From contig JAOACF010000003.1 of the NCBI GenBank assembly GCA_026417995.1, positions 1,737 through 65,736 on the forward strand: 64,000 nucleotides of DNA. The letters run 5' to 3'. The first letter of the stretch is position 1. Every line of letters begins with the position of its first letter. Shown piece after piece: positions 35,362 to 45,083 of the stretch. This DNA comes from Negativicutes bacterium. GTDB lineage: Bacteria; Bacillota; Negativicutes; Sporomusales; JAOACF01. The notes beneath the pieces were generated by a model, which saw nothing but the letters and a program-made list of their open reading frames with translations, searched no databases and was not told the origin of the DNA. The translations under genes were made by a program, and so were the position numbers.

Positions 35362-36983
35362 GGACGCAAGACGTAAGTGTCAATGACTTGCCGTGGAAAA
35401 TTGACTGGCGTGATGAGCGCTGCACCATGTGCGGCAGTTGTGTGGCGGCCTGTACGTTCACAGCAATCGAGGCGGCCATGGAGCGGAGGTCTGTAACCAT
35501 ATCGACCGGCCATCAGCCCGAACCGGCGCAGCGGCACAGCGCCGTACCGGTAATTCGGCAGCGTTCCGGCACGGCGCATATTTGCGTAGGCTGCGGCATG
35601 TGCGAGAAAGTATGCCCCAACAAGGCCATCAGGCCGGTGCGCAATGAAGATAACCGCGTTAACCTGCTGACCCGGGCAGGCGGTGTCGCCATCAAGCGCG
35701 GCGGCCGCAACAATATCATGGCCGACCGGGTTTTAGACAAGGTTATTGTTGGCCGCATTTCGCAAATGACTGACCCTTCGCTGGATTCGGAACGCCATAC
35801 TTTTGATGTTTTGGCCCCGTTTGGCCGGGTATTGCTGCCGGGCGAGCTTCCCTTCACCGTAAATGGCGACAATCTGGAACTGACGGCGAAAACGCCGCCG
35901 GTGCATTGGATTTACCCCCTGATTTTCAGCGATATGTCGGTCGGCGCTTTATCCACGCGGGCTTGGGAAGCAATCGCCCTGGCCACGGCGTATTTGAATG
36001 AGAAATGCAATATACCGGTGCGTATGTCTTCGGGGGAAGGCGGCATGCCGGTCAAACTGCTTAAGTCGGAATACCTGAAATATATGATCATCCAAATTGC
36101 TTCCGGCCATTTCGGCTGGAACCGGATCATTAAAGCCATGCCGCACATGGTAACAGATCCTGCCGGCATACTCATCAAGATCGGCCAGGGCGCAAAACCA
36201 GGCGACGGCGGTCTTTTGCCGGCGGCGAAAGTCGCCGAGCACATACAAGCAATTCGCGGCGTGCCTAAAGCCGACCTATTGTCGCCGCCCAACCATCAAG
36301 GGCTGTATTCGATTGAGGAATCAGTGCAAAAAATGCATATGTCGCTCAACGCCGCTTTCAAATTCCGGGTGCCTGTCGCCATCAAGTGTGCGGCGTCGGC
36401 AACGTCGGTTTCGGTTTACAATAATCTTCTGCGGGACCCGTACTATATCTGCGGCGGCTTCTTTATCGACGGCCTGCAGGGAGGCACAGGCGCAGCGAAC
36501 GAAGTTTCGCTTGACCACACCGGGCATCCGGTGGTTTCTAAAGTGCGCGAATGCTATTTAGCCGCCGTCAAGCAAGGCCGTCAGGGGCAAATCCCGCTAT
36601 GGGCGGGTGGCGGTATCGGCATGACAGGCAATGCCGCCGCCGATGCCTTCAAATTGATCTGCCTGGGCGCCAACGGCGTGTTTATCGGCAAAATCCTGAT
36701 CCAACTGCTCGGGTGCGTGGGCAATGAGCGGGGCCGCTGCAATGCTTGCAACACCGGTTTGTGCCCCACCGGAATTTGCACTCAGGATCCCCGCCTGGTT
36801 AAACGCCTGGATATTGACAAAGGAGCGCAGGCAATCGTCGACTATATGGTAGCTTTCGACCAGGAACTGAAGAAACTCATGGCGCCCATCGGCAACAGCT
36901 CTCTGCCTGTCGGCCGCTCGGACGCGCTGGTTACCACCGATAAGGCAGTTGCCGACAAACTGGCAATTCAGTACGCATGTTAG
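35349..36983 (+). CDS. Glutamate synthase FMN-binding domain protein with N-terminal 2x[4Fe-4S] ferredoxin motifs
   Basis: CTMCGSCVAACT, CVGCGMCEKVCP, GQGAKPGDGGLLP, SPPNHQGLYSIE. Confidence 0.85.
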   Translation: METVRTQDVSVNDLPWKIDWRDERCTMCGSCVAACTFTAIEAAMERRSVTISTGHQPEPAQRHSAVPVIRQRSGTAHICVGCGMCEKVCPNKAIRPVRNEDNRVNLLTRAGGVAIKRGGRNNIMADRVLDKVIVGRISQMTDPSLDSERHTFDVLAPFGRVLLPGELPFTVNGDNLELTAKTPPVHWIYPLIFSDMSVGALSTRAWEAIALATAYLNEKCNIPVRMSSGEGGMPVKLLKSEYLKYMIIQIASGHFGWNRIIKAMPHMVTDPAGILIKIGQGAKPGDGGLLPAAKVAEHIQAIRGVPKADLLSPPNHQGLYSIEESVQKMHMSLNAAFKFRVPVAIKCAASATSVSVYNNLLRDPYYICGGFFIDGLQGGTGAANEVSLDHTGHPVVSKVRECYLAAVKQGRQGQIPLWAGGGIGMTGNAAADAFKLICLGANGVFIGKILIQLLGCVGNERGRCNACNTGLCPTGICTQDPRLVKRLDIDKGAQAIVDYMVAFDQELKKLMAPIGNSSLPVGRSDALVTTDKAVADKLAIQYAC

Positions 36984-36995
36984 GAGGGCGAGCGA

Positions 36996-39323
36996 ATGTT
37001 TAAGATCAGCACTTTAAACGGCAACGAGCGCATGTCGACGCAGGAGCTGCTGCAGGCGATCAATGCGGCGCTCGCCGCCGGCGAAACCGAATATGAGATA
37101 GAAGCCTCCGGACAGCACGATATCGGCGGGCCGCTGTGGCATCCGGAAGGCAAGCCGCTCAAATTTATCATCACAAACCCCGGCCAACGGGTCGGCTCTA
37201 TGTGCCTGGAAGGCACGGAAATTATTGTGGAAGGCCCGGCGCCGGCGGACGTAGGTTGGCTTAACGCCGGCGGCAAGATTATCGTGCGCGGCGACGGCGG
37301 CGACACGGCGGGACATTGCGCCGCTTCCGGCAAGATCTATATCGGCGGCCGCGCCGGCACGCGCTCAGGGTCGCTGATGAAGCACGACCCGCTGTATGAA
37401 CCGCCTGAACTGTGGATATTGAAAAATACCGGCAGCTTTTCCTTTGAGTTTATGGGCGGCGGCATTGCCGTTGTTTGCGGCTATGACAGCGAACAGTTCG
37501 ATTCCGTTTTGGGCGACCGTTCCTGTGTGGGTATGGTAGGCGGCAAGCTGTATGTGCGCGGCCCTATTCAGGGCATATCCGCCAAAGACGTCAAAATCAT
37601 GCCGCTTTGCGACAGCGATATAGCGTGGCTTGCGGCCAATATGCCGCAGTTTCTCAACGAAATCGGGCGTGCGGACCTCGGAGAAACGCTTACTAGGTGG
37701 GAAGAGTGGCGCAAAGTGCTGCCGCTTACCTATGATGAACGCCCGAAAAAACTAAGCGCCGATATCCGGTCTTTTCGCCTGCGCGAATGGGTGCAGGGCG
37801 GCATATTCAGCGATGTCTGCCAGGATGATTATGCCGTCATGGGGCTGGTGGCCAAAGGGCTGTACCGGCAGCGTATTCCGGTATGGGAGAATGCCCGGTA
37901 CAATGCGCCCTGCGAATTTAACTGCACGGCATCCATTCCGACACAGCAGCGTTTTAACCTGCTGCGGGAAGGAAAAATTGAAGAAGCATACCGCCTGGTG
38001 CTTGACTATACGCCGTTTCCCGGCTCGGTTTGCGGCGCGGTTTGTCCCAATCCCTGCATGGAAAGCTGCACGCGCGGCGAAATTGACTATCCGGCGCAGA
38101 TCAATGCCCTAGGCGCTTATTCGGCCGGCATACCGGCTCCCACGCCGGCGGCAAATACCGGCAAAAAAGTAGCGGTGATCGGCGGAGGCCCGGCCGGATT
38201 AACAGCCGCCTGGCAGCTGGCGCGCAAGGGTCATCAAGTCACTGTTTATGAAGCGGATGATGTTGTGGGCGGTAAGTTGGAACAAGCAATTCCCCGCTCG
38301 CGGCTGCCGCGCGAAGTGCTGCTTGCCGAAATAAACCGCATACGCGACATCGGGGTTGCTTTTCAGACCGGCGTTAAAGTGGATCGGGAAATGTTCGCCC
38401 AAATAAAAGCAGGTTATGATGCGGTCGTAGTAGCGACCGGCGCGCATGTGCCCCGCGTGTTTCCCTGGCCCGGCCATGAACGCATTGTGAAAGGGTTGGA
38501 CTTCCTCAAGGCAATCAACCGCGGTGAGCGGCCCCAAGTCGGCCGGCGCGTTGTCGTCATCGGCTGCGGCAACTCGGGTATGGACGCCGCCGTAGGGGCC
38601 TATCAGCTGGGGGCTGAGCAGGTTGTCTTAATCGACGTGCAGCAGCCCGCCGCCTTCCCCAAGGAAATTGCCCATGTCGAAGCGATGGGCGGTGTGCTGA
38701 TGTGGCCGGTAATTGCCAAAGAAATTACCGAACAGGGCGTTGTAACGGCAACAGGGGATTTGATACCCGCCGATACCGTTATCATTACCGTCGGCGAAAC
38801 ACCTGACTTAAGCTTTTTGCCGGAAGGAGCGCCCCTCGAAAAGGGCCTCCTAAAGCCGGATCATGCGTATCGGATTGCTGACGGGGTATTTACCGCCGGC
38901 GATACCATCCGTCCCGGCCGCCTGGTCGACGCTATCGGAACCGGACGCGAAGCCGCGCTGGCTGTTGACGCCTATCTGAAAGGCGAAACGTTTGCGGCGG
39001 AGGCGAAGAACAAGATAGCGCTGACAAGAATATCCAAGGCTTATTTCAAGCGCTTAAGCGAGACGGAAATCCCGGCGGCGGGCGAAGATTATCAGCGCTG
39101 CATAAGTTGCGGTTCCTGCCGGGATTGTCATATGTGCATGAAATCTTGTCCGGAAAACGCTATAACCAGAATCGTCAAGCCTGACGGAACGTTCGCCTAT
39201 GTCTCGGATGACAATCGCTGTATTGGCTGCGGCATCTGCGCGGGAGTGTGCCCGTGCGGCGTCTGGGCCATGCACGCCAACGCCAAGCCTATTCCGATGT
39301 ATACTATGGCCGGCATTTCCTAG
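36996..39323 (+). CDS. Fusion of the GltB C-terminal GXGXG domain, a GltD-like NAD(P)H:FAD oxidoreductase and a C-terminal ferredoxin
   Basis: GGDTAGHCAASGKIYIGGRAG repeats, VAVIGGGPAGLTAAWQLARKG Rossmann motif, CISCGSCRDCHMC...CIGCGICAGVCPC. Confidence 0.85.
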   Translation: MFKISTLNGNERMSTQELLQAINAALAAGETEYEIEASGQHDIGGPLWHPEGKPLKFIITNPGQRVGSMCLEGTEIIVEGPAPADVGWLNAGGKIIVRGDGGDTAGHCAASGKIYIGGRAGTRSGSLMKHDPLYEPPELWILKNTGSFSFEFMGGGIAVVCGYDSEQFDSVLGDRSCVGMVGGKLYVRGPIQGISAKDVKIMPLCDSDIAWLAANMPQFLNEIGRADLGETLTRWEEWRKVLPLTYDERPKKLSADIRSFRLREWVQGGIFSDVCQDDYAVMGLVAKGLYRQRIPVWENARYNAPCEFNCTASIPTQQRFNLLREGKIEEAYRLVLDYTPFPGSVCGAVCPNPCMESCTRGEIDYPAQINALGAYSAGIPAPTPAANTGKKVAVIGGGPAGLTAAWQLARKGHQVTVYEADDVVGGKLEQAIPRSRLPREVLLAEINRIRDIGVAFQTGVKVDREMFAQIKAGYDAVVVATGAHVPRVFPWPGHERIVKGLDFLKAINRGERPQVGRRVVVIGCGNSGMDAAVGAYQLGAEQVVLIDVQQPAAFPKEIAHVEAMGGVLMWPVIAKEITEQGVVTATGDLIPADTVIITVGETPDLSFLPEGAPLEKGLLKPDHAYRIADGVFTAGDTIRPGRLVDAIGTGREAALAVDAYLKGETFAAEAKNKIALTRISKAYFKRLSETEIPAAGEDYQRCISCGSCRDCHMCMKSCPENAITRIVKPDGTFAYVSDDNRCIGCGICAGVCPCGVWAMHANAKPIPMYTMAGIS

Positions 39324-39331
39324 CTCCACCG

Positions 39332-39371
39332 CTCCCTGGCGCATGTCTTTATGCGTTGGGGAGTTTTTTTG
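39332..39371 (+). terminator. Intrinsic terminator after the glutamate synthase operon
   Basis: CTCCCTGGCGCAT-GTCTTT-ATGCGTTGGGGAG (with G-U pairs) followed by T7. Confidence 0.8.
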
Positions 39372-39588
39372 CTGTATTGGCGTGCAGTGTTATGCCGGTG
39401 GTTTCACAGCCGAAAGCCGCCGTATCCGAAAATAAAACAGAGCGCTATCTGCTAAATGCCGTGGTACATATACAATATTCGTGCAAAATCCATCAGCCGG
39501 TAACAAGCGCACACGGCCACGCGCGCCGGCGGCAACGGGTGTACTTTGAATACAAACACGGGCAGCACAAAATTACAAATTAACACTA

Positions 39589-39617
39589 TTGACGCAGAGT
39601 GAACGCGTACTTATAAT
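39589..39617 (+). promoter_or_regulatory. sigmaA promoter of livJ paralog 1
   Basis: TTGACG, 17 nt spacer, TATAAT. Confidence 0.65.
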
Positions 39618-39722
39618 TATATCCATAGACAAACATACTTGCGTGAGGGACGTAACCGGTCGGCGCAGGCGGTTTGTCGAAAGGCTTTGTTTTTAAACGA
39701 AAAGGGGATAGGGGGAAACAAC

Positions 39723-40886
39723 GTGTCTAAAAAATGGAGAACATTCTTAGGGCTGGCAGTAGCGCTGACCATGCTTACCGGGCTGGTTGCCGGCTGCGGC
39801 GGACAAACGGAATCGAAGGATATCAAAGTAGGCGGCAATCTTGAGTTAACAGGCGGCATTGCGACTTTCGGCCAGTCAACGGCAAACGGCATCAAGCTGG
39901 CTTTTAAAGAAATCAACGCAGCCGGCGGCGTTCTCGGCAAACAGCTCACGTTTATTGCGGCTGACAATAAGTCGGAGCCTTCTGAATCCACTAATGCGAT
40001 TACCAAGCTGATTACCCAGGACAAAGTGGTGGCCGTGCTTGGCGCCGTAGCCAGCTCGAATACCCTGGCGGCCTCGCAGGTGGCGCATGACAACAAGATC
40101 CCGTTCATCAGCACGAGTTCGACCAATCCGAAGGTTACTGTCGATGGCGGCAAGGTTAAAGAATATGCGTACCGCATCTGTTTCATTGATCCCTTCCAGG
40201 GCACGGTAATGGCCAATTTTGCTACTAACAGCCTTAAAGCGAAAACTGCAGCCGTCTATATTGATAATAGCTCCGATTATTCTAAGGGTTTGGCTCAGTT
40301 TTTCGAAGAAGCATTTGTTAAAAACGGCGGCAAGATAGTAGCTAAAGAAGCGTTTCTCCAGAAAGACCAGGATTTTAAAGCTACGCTGACCAAGATTAAG
40401 GCGACCAATCCGGATGTTATCTTTATCCCCGGTTATTATGAAGAAGTTGGCAAAATCGTCAAGCAAGCCCGTGAATTAGGCATTACGGTTCCGCTGCTGG
40501 GCGGCGATGGCTGGGATTCGCCGAAACTTGTTGAGATTGCCGGCGCGGCAGCGCTGAACAACGGCTATTTCAGCAATCACTATTCGCCGGAAGACAAAGA
40601 TCCCCGCGTAACCAAATTTGTCGAAGCATATAAGAAAGAATACGGCCAGGTGCCTGATGCTCTGGCAGCGCTCGGCTATGATGCGGCACTGATGCTTGTT
40701 GACGCGATCAAGCGCGCAAACAGCGCTGAACCCGGCAAGATCAAGGACGCTCTGGCGCAGACCAAAAACCTGCAAGTCGTAACCGGCGTGGTTTCGCTTG
40801 ATGCCAATCATAACCCTGTGAAAAGCGCAGTTGTAATCGAAATGAAAGATGGCAAGCAAACCTTCAAAGAAAAAGTTAATCCCTAA
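39723..40886 (+). CDS. Branched-chain amino acid ABC transporter substrate-binding lipoprotein (LivJ/K family), paralog 1
   Basis: GTG 39723 gives MSKKWRTFLGLAVALTMLTGLVAGCGG (lipobox). Type I PBP. Confidence 0.88.
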   Translation: MSKKWRTFLGLAVALTMLTGLVAGCGGQTESKDIKVGGNLELTGGIATFGQSTANGIKLAFKEINAAGGVLGKQLTFIAADNKSEPSESTNAITKLITQDKVVAVLGAVASSNTLAASQVAHDNKIPFISTSSTNPKVTVDGGKVKEYAYRICFIDPFQGTVMANFATNSLKAKTAAVYIDNSSDYSKGLAQFFEEAFVKNGGKIVAKEAFLQKDQDFKATLTKIKATNPDVIFIPGYYEEVGKIVKQARELGITVPLLGGDGWDSPKLVEIAGAAALNNGYFSNHYSPEDKDPRVTKFVEAYKKEYGQVPDALAALGYDAALMLVDAIKRANSAEPGKIKDALAQTKNLQVVTGVVSLDANHNPVKSAVVIEMKDGKQTFKEKVNP

Positions 40887-40904
40887 TTAGTACAATGCAG
40901 TGCA

Positions 40905-40936
40905 GGGGGATAAGGCGCTAGTCTTATCCCTTTTGT
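40905..40936 (+). terminator. Intrinsic terminator after livJ paralog 1
   Basis: GGGATAAG-GCGCTAGT-CTTATCCC followed by TTTT. Confidence 0.75.
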
Positions 40937-41023
40937 TCTGGAACCAAGACGACAGGTAACAAATTGTGTTTGCGCATGTACTTTCCACGCGCACAACAAT
41001 ACAAAATATCCTCCCCAGAAACA

Positions 41024-41052
41024 TTGACATGTTGATACATTGTCACTATAAT
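41024..41052 (+). promoter_or_regulatory. sigmaA promoter of livJ paralog 2 / livHMGF
   Basis: TTGACA, 17 nt spacer, TATAAT. Confidence 0.7.
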
Positions 41053-41249
41053 ATACACTGTAGGAAGCACAAATATTTTCCGTGTGCGCACAGGGTGGCG
41101 CTGTTGTTACGGCCTACGTGTATGGGACTGGTACAGGCACGTGTCTGATCAGTCTTTTTATCTTTAAGGCATGATAACTGCCTGGTGCGTAGTTGTGGCA
41201 TACGGCAAGTACAAGGTGCAATATACTCTGTTGGTGGAGGAGAGACAAC

Positions 41250-42413
41250 ATGTTGAGAAAGATTCTGTCACAAGCACTGGTTATTATGCTGATAGCGGCC
41301 CTGGCCGCCGGCTGCGGCGGTGGCCAGCCAAAAGCCGATGTGATCAAACTGGGTGCTAACCTGGAGATGACAGGCGGCAACGCGACGTTTGGCGCATCTG
41401 CGGCCAACGGCGCCAAACTGGCGATTAAAGAAGTCAACGCCAAAGGCGGCGTACTGGGCAAACAACTCACGCTTACGGTAGCGGACAACAAGAGCGAAGC
41501 GGCGGAAGCGGCTAACGCCATGCAAAAGCTTATTACCCAGGATAAAGTGGTGGCCGTAATCGCGCCGATCGCATCTTCCAGCGTGATTGCCGGCGCTCAG
41601 GTCAACCAGGACAACAAAGTGCTGGCCATCAGCCCGACGGCATCCAACCCGAAGGTTACGGTTGACCCGGCAACAGGCAAGGTAAGGGACTTCCTGTTCC
41701 GCGCCGCGTTCATTGATCCTTTCCAGGGTTCGGTAATGGCTAATTTCGCGGCCAAAACGCTGAAAGCCAAGACAGCGGCCTTATATATCGACAACTCCAG
41801 CGACTATGCCAAGGGCTTGGGGCAATTCTTCAAGGAAACCTTTGTAAAAAGTGGCGGCAAGATTGTAGCGGAAGAAGCTTATCTGCAAAAAGACACCGAT
41901 TTTAAAGCAACTCTGACTAAGATCAAAGCACAAAATCCGGATGTGCTGTTTGTGCCTGGCTATTATCAGGAAGTGGGCATGATCGTTAAACAAGCCCGCG
42001 AACTGGGGCTCAATATGCCGATTATGGGCGGCGACGGCTGGGATTCGGCCAAACTGCCGGAAATCGCCGGCACTCAGGCGCTCAACAACACATTCTTCAG
42101 CAACCACTACTCGCCTGATGATAACAGCCCAGCTGTAAAAGCCTTTGTCGAGGCGTATAAAAAAGAGTACAACCAAATTCCCGACGCTTTTGCCGCGCTG
42201 GCTTACGACGCCACCATGATGGTGATTGAAGCCATCAAACGCGCCAACAGCGCCGATCCAGTTAAAATCAAGGATGAACTGGCAAAGACCAAAGACTTCC
42301 AGGCAGTTTCCGGCCTGATTACCCTGAATGCAACTCATGACCCGGTTAAGAGCGCCGTTATTATTGAGATGAAGGACGGCAAGCAGACATTCCGCGAAAA
42401 GGTAAATCCGTAG
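41250..42413 (+). CDS. Branched-chain amino acid ABC transporter substrate-binding lipoprotein, paralog 2
   Basis: MLRKILSQALVIMLIAALAAGCGGG (lipobox). Collinear with paralog 1 along its whole length. Confidence 0.88.
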   Translation: MLRKILSQALVIMLIAALAAGCGGGQPKADVIKLGANLEMTGGNATFGASAANGAKLAIKEVNAKGGVLGKQLTLTVADNKSEAAEAANAMQKLITQDKVVAVIAPIASSSVIAGAQVNQDNKVLAISPTASNPKVTVDPATGKVRDFLFRAAFIDPFQGSVMANFAAKTLKAKTAALYIDNSSDYAKGLGQFFKETFVKSGGKIVAEEAYLQKDTDFKATLTKIKAQNPDVLFVPGYYQEVGMIVKQARELGLNMPIMGGDGWDSAKLPEIAGTQALNNTFFSNHYSPDDNSPAVKAFVEAYKKEYNQIPDAFAALAYDATMMVIEAIKRANSADPVKIKDELAKTKDFQAVSGLITLNATHDPVKSAVIIEMKDGKQTFREKVNP

Positions 42414-42420
42414 TGACGAT

Positions 42421-42456
42421 AATCCGGCTGCCGGGCAACTTGCCGGCAGCCGGAAT
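42421..42456 (+). other. Strong intercistronic hairpin between the SBP and permease genes
   Basis: AATCCGGCTGCCGGGCAACTTGCCGGCAGCCGGAATT. The stem is TCCGGCTGCCGG / CCGGCAGCCGGA, and no U-tract follows. Confidence 0.6.
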
Positions 42457-42478
42457 TTAAAAGATGGGAGGAGAGCGC

Positions 42479-43366
42479 ATGGAATTTACGCATCAGTTGA
42501 TTCAGCAGTTGATCAACGGAGTTTCTTTAGGCAGTATATATGCGCTCATAGCGCTGGGCTATACGATGGTATACGGCATCATCCGCCTGATAAATTTCGC
42601 GCATGGCGACATTTATATGTTGGGGGCGTATGTAGGCTTTTTTGCTACTACCACGTTTAAGATGCCTTTCCTGCCGGCTTTGATTATGGCCATGGCAGTA
42701 GCTGCCGTCGTCGGCATCGTTATTGAGCGTGCGGCATACAGGCCGTTACGGCAGGCGCCCAAGATCGCAGTTCTGATCACGGCAATCGGCGTTTCGCTGC
42801 TGCTGGAGTATGGTGGCATGATCTTGGTAACGCCACAGCCCAGAACCTTCCCCGCGGTTTTTCCTGCTCATACGTACAATATTGGCGGCATTATCGTCAA
42901 TAATCAGCAGATTGTTATATTAGCCGTGTCCATTGCCCTAATGGTGCTGTTGACGTACATCGTTCACCGGACTAAGACCGGCAAGGCGATGCGGGCGGTA
43001 TCCTTCGATACTGACGCAGCGCGGCTGATGGGCATTGACGTTGACCGCATCATCTCCATCACGTTTGCCATCGGTTCCGGCTTAGCGGCCGCCGCCGGTG
43101 TGCTTGTCGGCATTTACTACAATTCCATAGACCCGCTGATGGGCATTATGCCCGGCCTTAAAGCATTTGTCGCAGCCGTGCTTGGCGGTATCGGCATTAT
43201 TCCCGGGGCGATGCTCGGCGGCATTATCCTCGGCGTGATCGAAGCGCTGGTCAGCGGCTTCATTTCTTCCACCTTCCGGGATGCTGCGGCGTTTGCTATA
43301 CTGATAGTCATTCTGCTCTTTAGGCCTTCCGGGCTTTTGGGCAAAAATGTTCGCGAGAAAGTGTAG
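42479..43366 (+). CDS. livH: Branched-chain amino acid ABC transporter permease LivH
   Basis: MEFTHQLIQQLINGVSLGSIYALIALGYTMVYG. Confidence 0.9.
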   Translation: MEFTHQLIQQLINGVSLGSIYALIALGYTMVYGIIRLINFAHGDIYMLGAYVGFFATTTFKMPFLPALIMAMAVAAVVGIVIERAAYRPLRQAPKIAVLITAIGVSLLLEYGGMILVTPQPRTFPAVFPAHTYNIGGIIVNNQQIVILAVSIALMVLLTYIVHRTKTGKAMRAVSFDTDAARLMGIDVDRIISITFAIGSGLAAAAGVLVGIYYNSIDPLMGIMPGLKAFVAAVLGGIGIIPGAMLGGIILGVIEALVSGFISSTFRDAAAFAILIVILLFRPSGLLGKNVREKV

Positions 43367-44329
43367 GTGACAGCCATGCGAGATTTAACCAAACGCGATC
43401 TTCTATCCCTGGCTGCCTGCCTTGTCATATACGCCGCAGTGCAAGGGTTGATTACGCTGGATGTTATCGGCCCGTTTTGGCAGCTTAATATTGTCTTAAT
43501 CTGCATTAATATTATTTTGGCGGTCAGCTTAAACCTCATCAACGGTTTTACCGGCCAGTTTTCAATCGGGCACGCCGGATTTATGGCCGTTGGCGCGTAT
43601 TTATCGGCGGTTATGACAGTCAAGCTGCAGCTGCCCTTTCCTGTGGCCATTGCCGCAGGCGCAGTCGCCGCTGGTGTCCTGGGATTTATCATTGGGCTTC
43701 CCACGCTTAGGCTCAAGGGCGACTATCTTGCCATCGCCACGCTGGGGCTGGGCGAAATTATTCGCATCACCATTCTCAACATTCCATATGTCGGCGGCGC
43801 TTCCGGGTTTATGGGCATTCCGCGCTACACCAATTTTACCTGGGTGTTCCTGCTGATGGTATTTACCGTCTTCGTCATTAAGAATTTTATCAACTCCAGT
43901 CATGGCCGCGCCTGCATCTCAGTGCGCGAAAACGAGATTGCCGCTGAAGCCATGGGGGTCGATACCACCAAGTATAAAGTGCTGGCTTTCACCCTGGGTG
44001 CGGCCTTTGCCGGCGTGGCCGGGGCGCTGTTCTCCCATTATTTCTACATCGCTCATCCCGCGTCGTTTACCTTTATGCGGTCATTTGACATTCTTACCAT
44101 GGTGGTTTTAGGGGGCCTCGGCAGTATTTCCGGGTCGATTACCGGAGCGATTCTGCTGACGTTTATTTCGGCGGCGCTTGCCAGCTATCCCGAGTGGCGA
44201 ATGGTTATCTATTCGATTGCGCTGATCGTGCTGATGCTGTATCGTCCGCAGGGGCTGTTCGGCAACAAGGAATTGAGCCTGAAAATGTTTAGCCGGGTAA
44301 CGGGAGGTGGTCAGCGTGGCGCTGCTTAA
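43367..44329 (+). CDS. livM: Branched-chain amino acid ABC transporter permease LivM
   Basis: NLINGFTGQFSIGHAGFMAVGAY. An alternative ATG start is at 43376. Confidence 0.9.
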   Translation: MTAMRDLTKRDLLSLAACLVIYAAVQGLITLDVIGPFWQLNIVLICINIILAVSLNLINGFTGQFSIGHAGFMAVGAYLSAVMTVKLQLPFPVAIAAGAVAAGVLGFIIGLPTLRLKGDYLAIATLGLGEIIRITILNIPYVGGASGFMGIPRYTNFTWVFLLMVFTVFVIKNFINSSHGRACISVRENEIAAEAMGVDTTKYKVLAFTLGAAFAGVAGALFSHYFYIAHPASFTFMRSFDILTMVVLGGLGSISGSITGAILLTFISAALASYPEWRMVIYSIALIVLMLYRPQGLFGNKELSLKMFSRVTGGGQRGAA

Positions 44330-45083
44330 AGCGACTAAGCTTGCAAAAGTGTTCGGTGGACTGCGGGCCGTTTCCAATTTTTCCATAGAGATACACGAGG
44401 GAGAATTAGTGGGGCTGATTGGTCCTAACGGCGCGGGCAAAACCACCGTATTTAACTTGCTGACAGGCGTTTATGAGCCAACCGAGGGCGAAATCGAGTT
44501 TGACGGCAAAAGCCTGATCGGGCTGAAGCCATATCAGGTAACGCAGCGTGGCATTGCGCGTACTTTCCAGAACATACGCTTGTTTTCCGATCTTTCCGTG
44601 CTGGATAACGTTAAAATCGCCTATCACTTCCATGTAAAATACGGCTTATTAGAATCAATACTCCGTTTTGGCCGCTATCATAACGAGGAATACGAGATTG
44701 AGCAGAAAGCGCTCAGGTTTCTGGAAATTTTCAAACTGGATCACAAAAAAGATGAAATAGCAAAAAATCTGCCTTATGGCGAACAGCGGCGGCTGGAAAT
44801 TGCCCGGGCTCTGGCGGCGCAGCCGCGCCTTTTGCTGCTGGATGAGCCGGCGGCCGGCATGAACCCGCAGGAAACCCAGCAACTGATGGAAATGATCCGC
44901 TGGATCCGCAAAGAGTTTAATCTCACCATCCTGCTCATTGAGCATGACATGAGTTTGGTTATGGGCGTTTGCGAGCGCATTTACGTGCTGGAATACGGCA
45001 GTATTATCGCACACGGCACGCCTTATGAAATCAAGAATAACCCGCGGGTCATCGAGGCCTACCTCGGCGAGGAGGTGCACTGA
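44316..45083 (+). CDS. livG: Branched-chain amino acid ABC transporter ATP-binding protein LivG
   Basis: GTG 44316 after GGGAGG. GPNGAGKTT Walker A. The YGEQRRLEIARAL segment stands in place of the ABC signature motif. Confidence 0.9.
   Translation: MALLKATKLAKVFGGLRAVSNFSIEIHEGELVGLIGPNGAGKTTVFNLLTGVYEPTEGEIEFDGKSLIGLKPYQVTQRGIARTFQNIRLFSDLSVLDNVKIAYHFHVKYGLLESILRFGRYHNEEYEIEQKALRFLEIFKLDHKKDEIAKNLPYGEQRRLEIARALAAQPRLLLLDEPAAGMNPQETQQLMEMIRWIRKEFNLTILLIEHDMSLVMGVCERIYVLEYGSIIAHGTPYEIKNNPRVIEAYLGEEVH

Noticed and set aside
41100-41160. Possible T-box (GGGACTGGTACAGGCACG resembles GGGTGGTACCGCG).
   Set aside because: The core has insertions, there is no Stem I with a GA/K-turn, specifier loop or AG bulge, and the terminator/antiterminator geometry does not fit.
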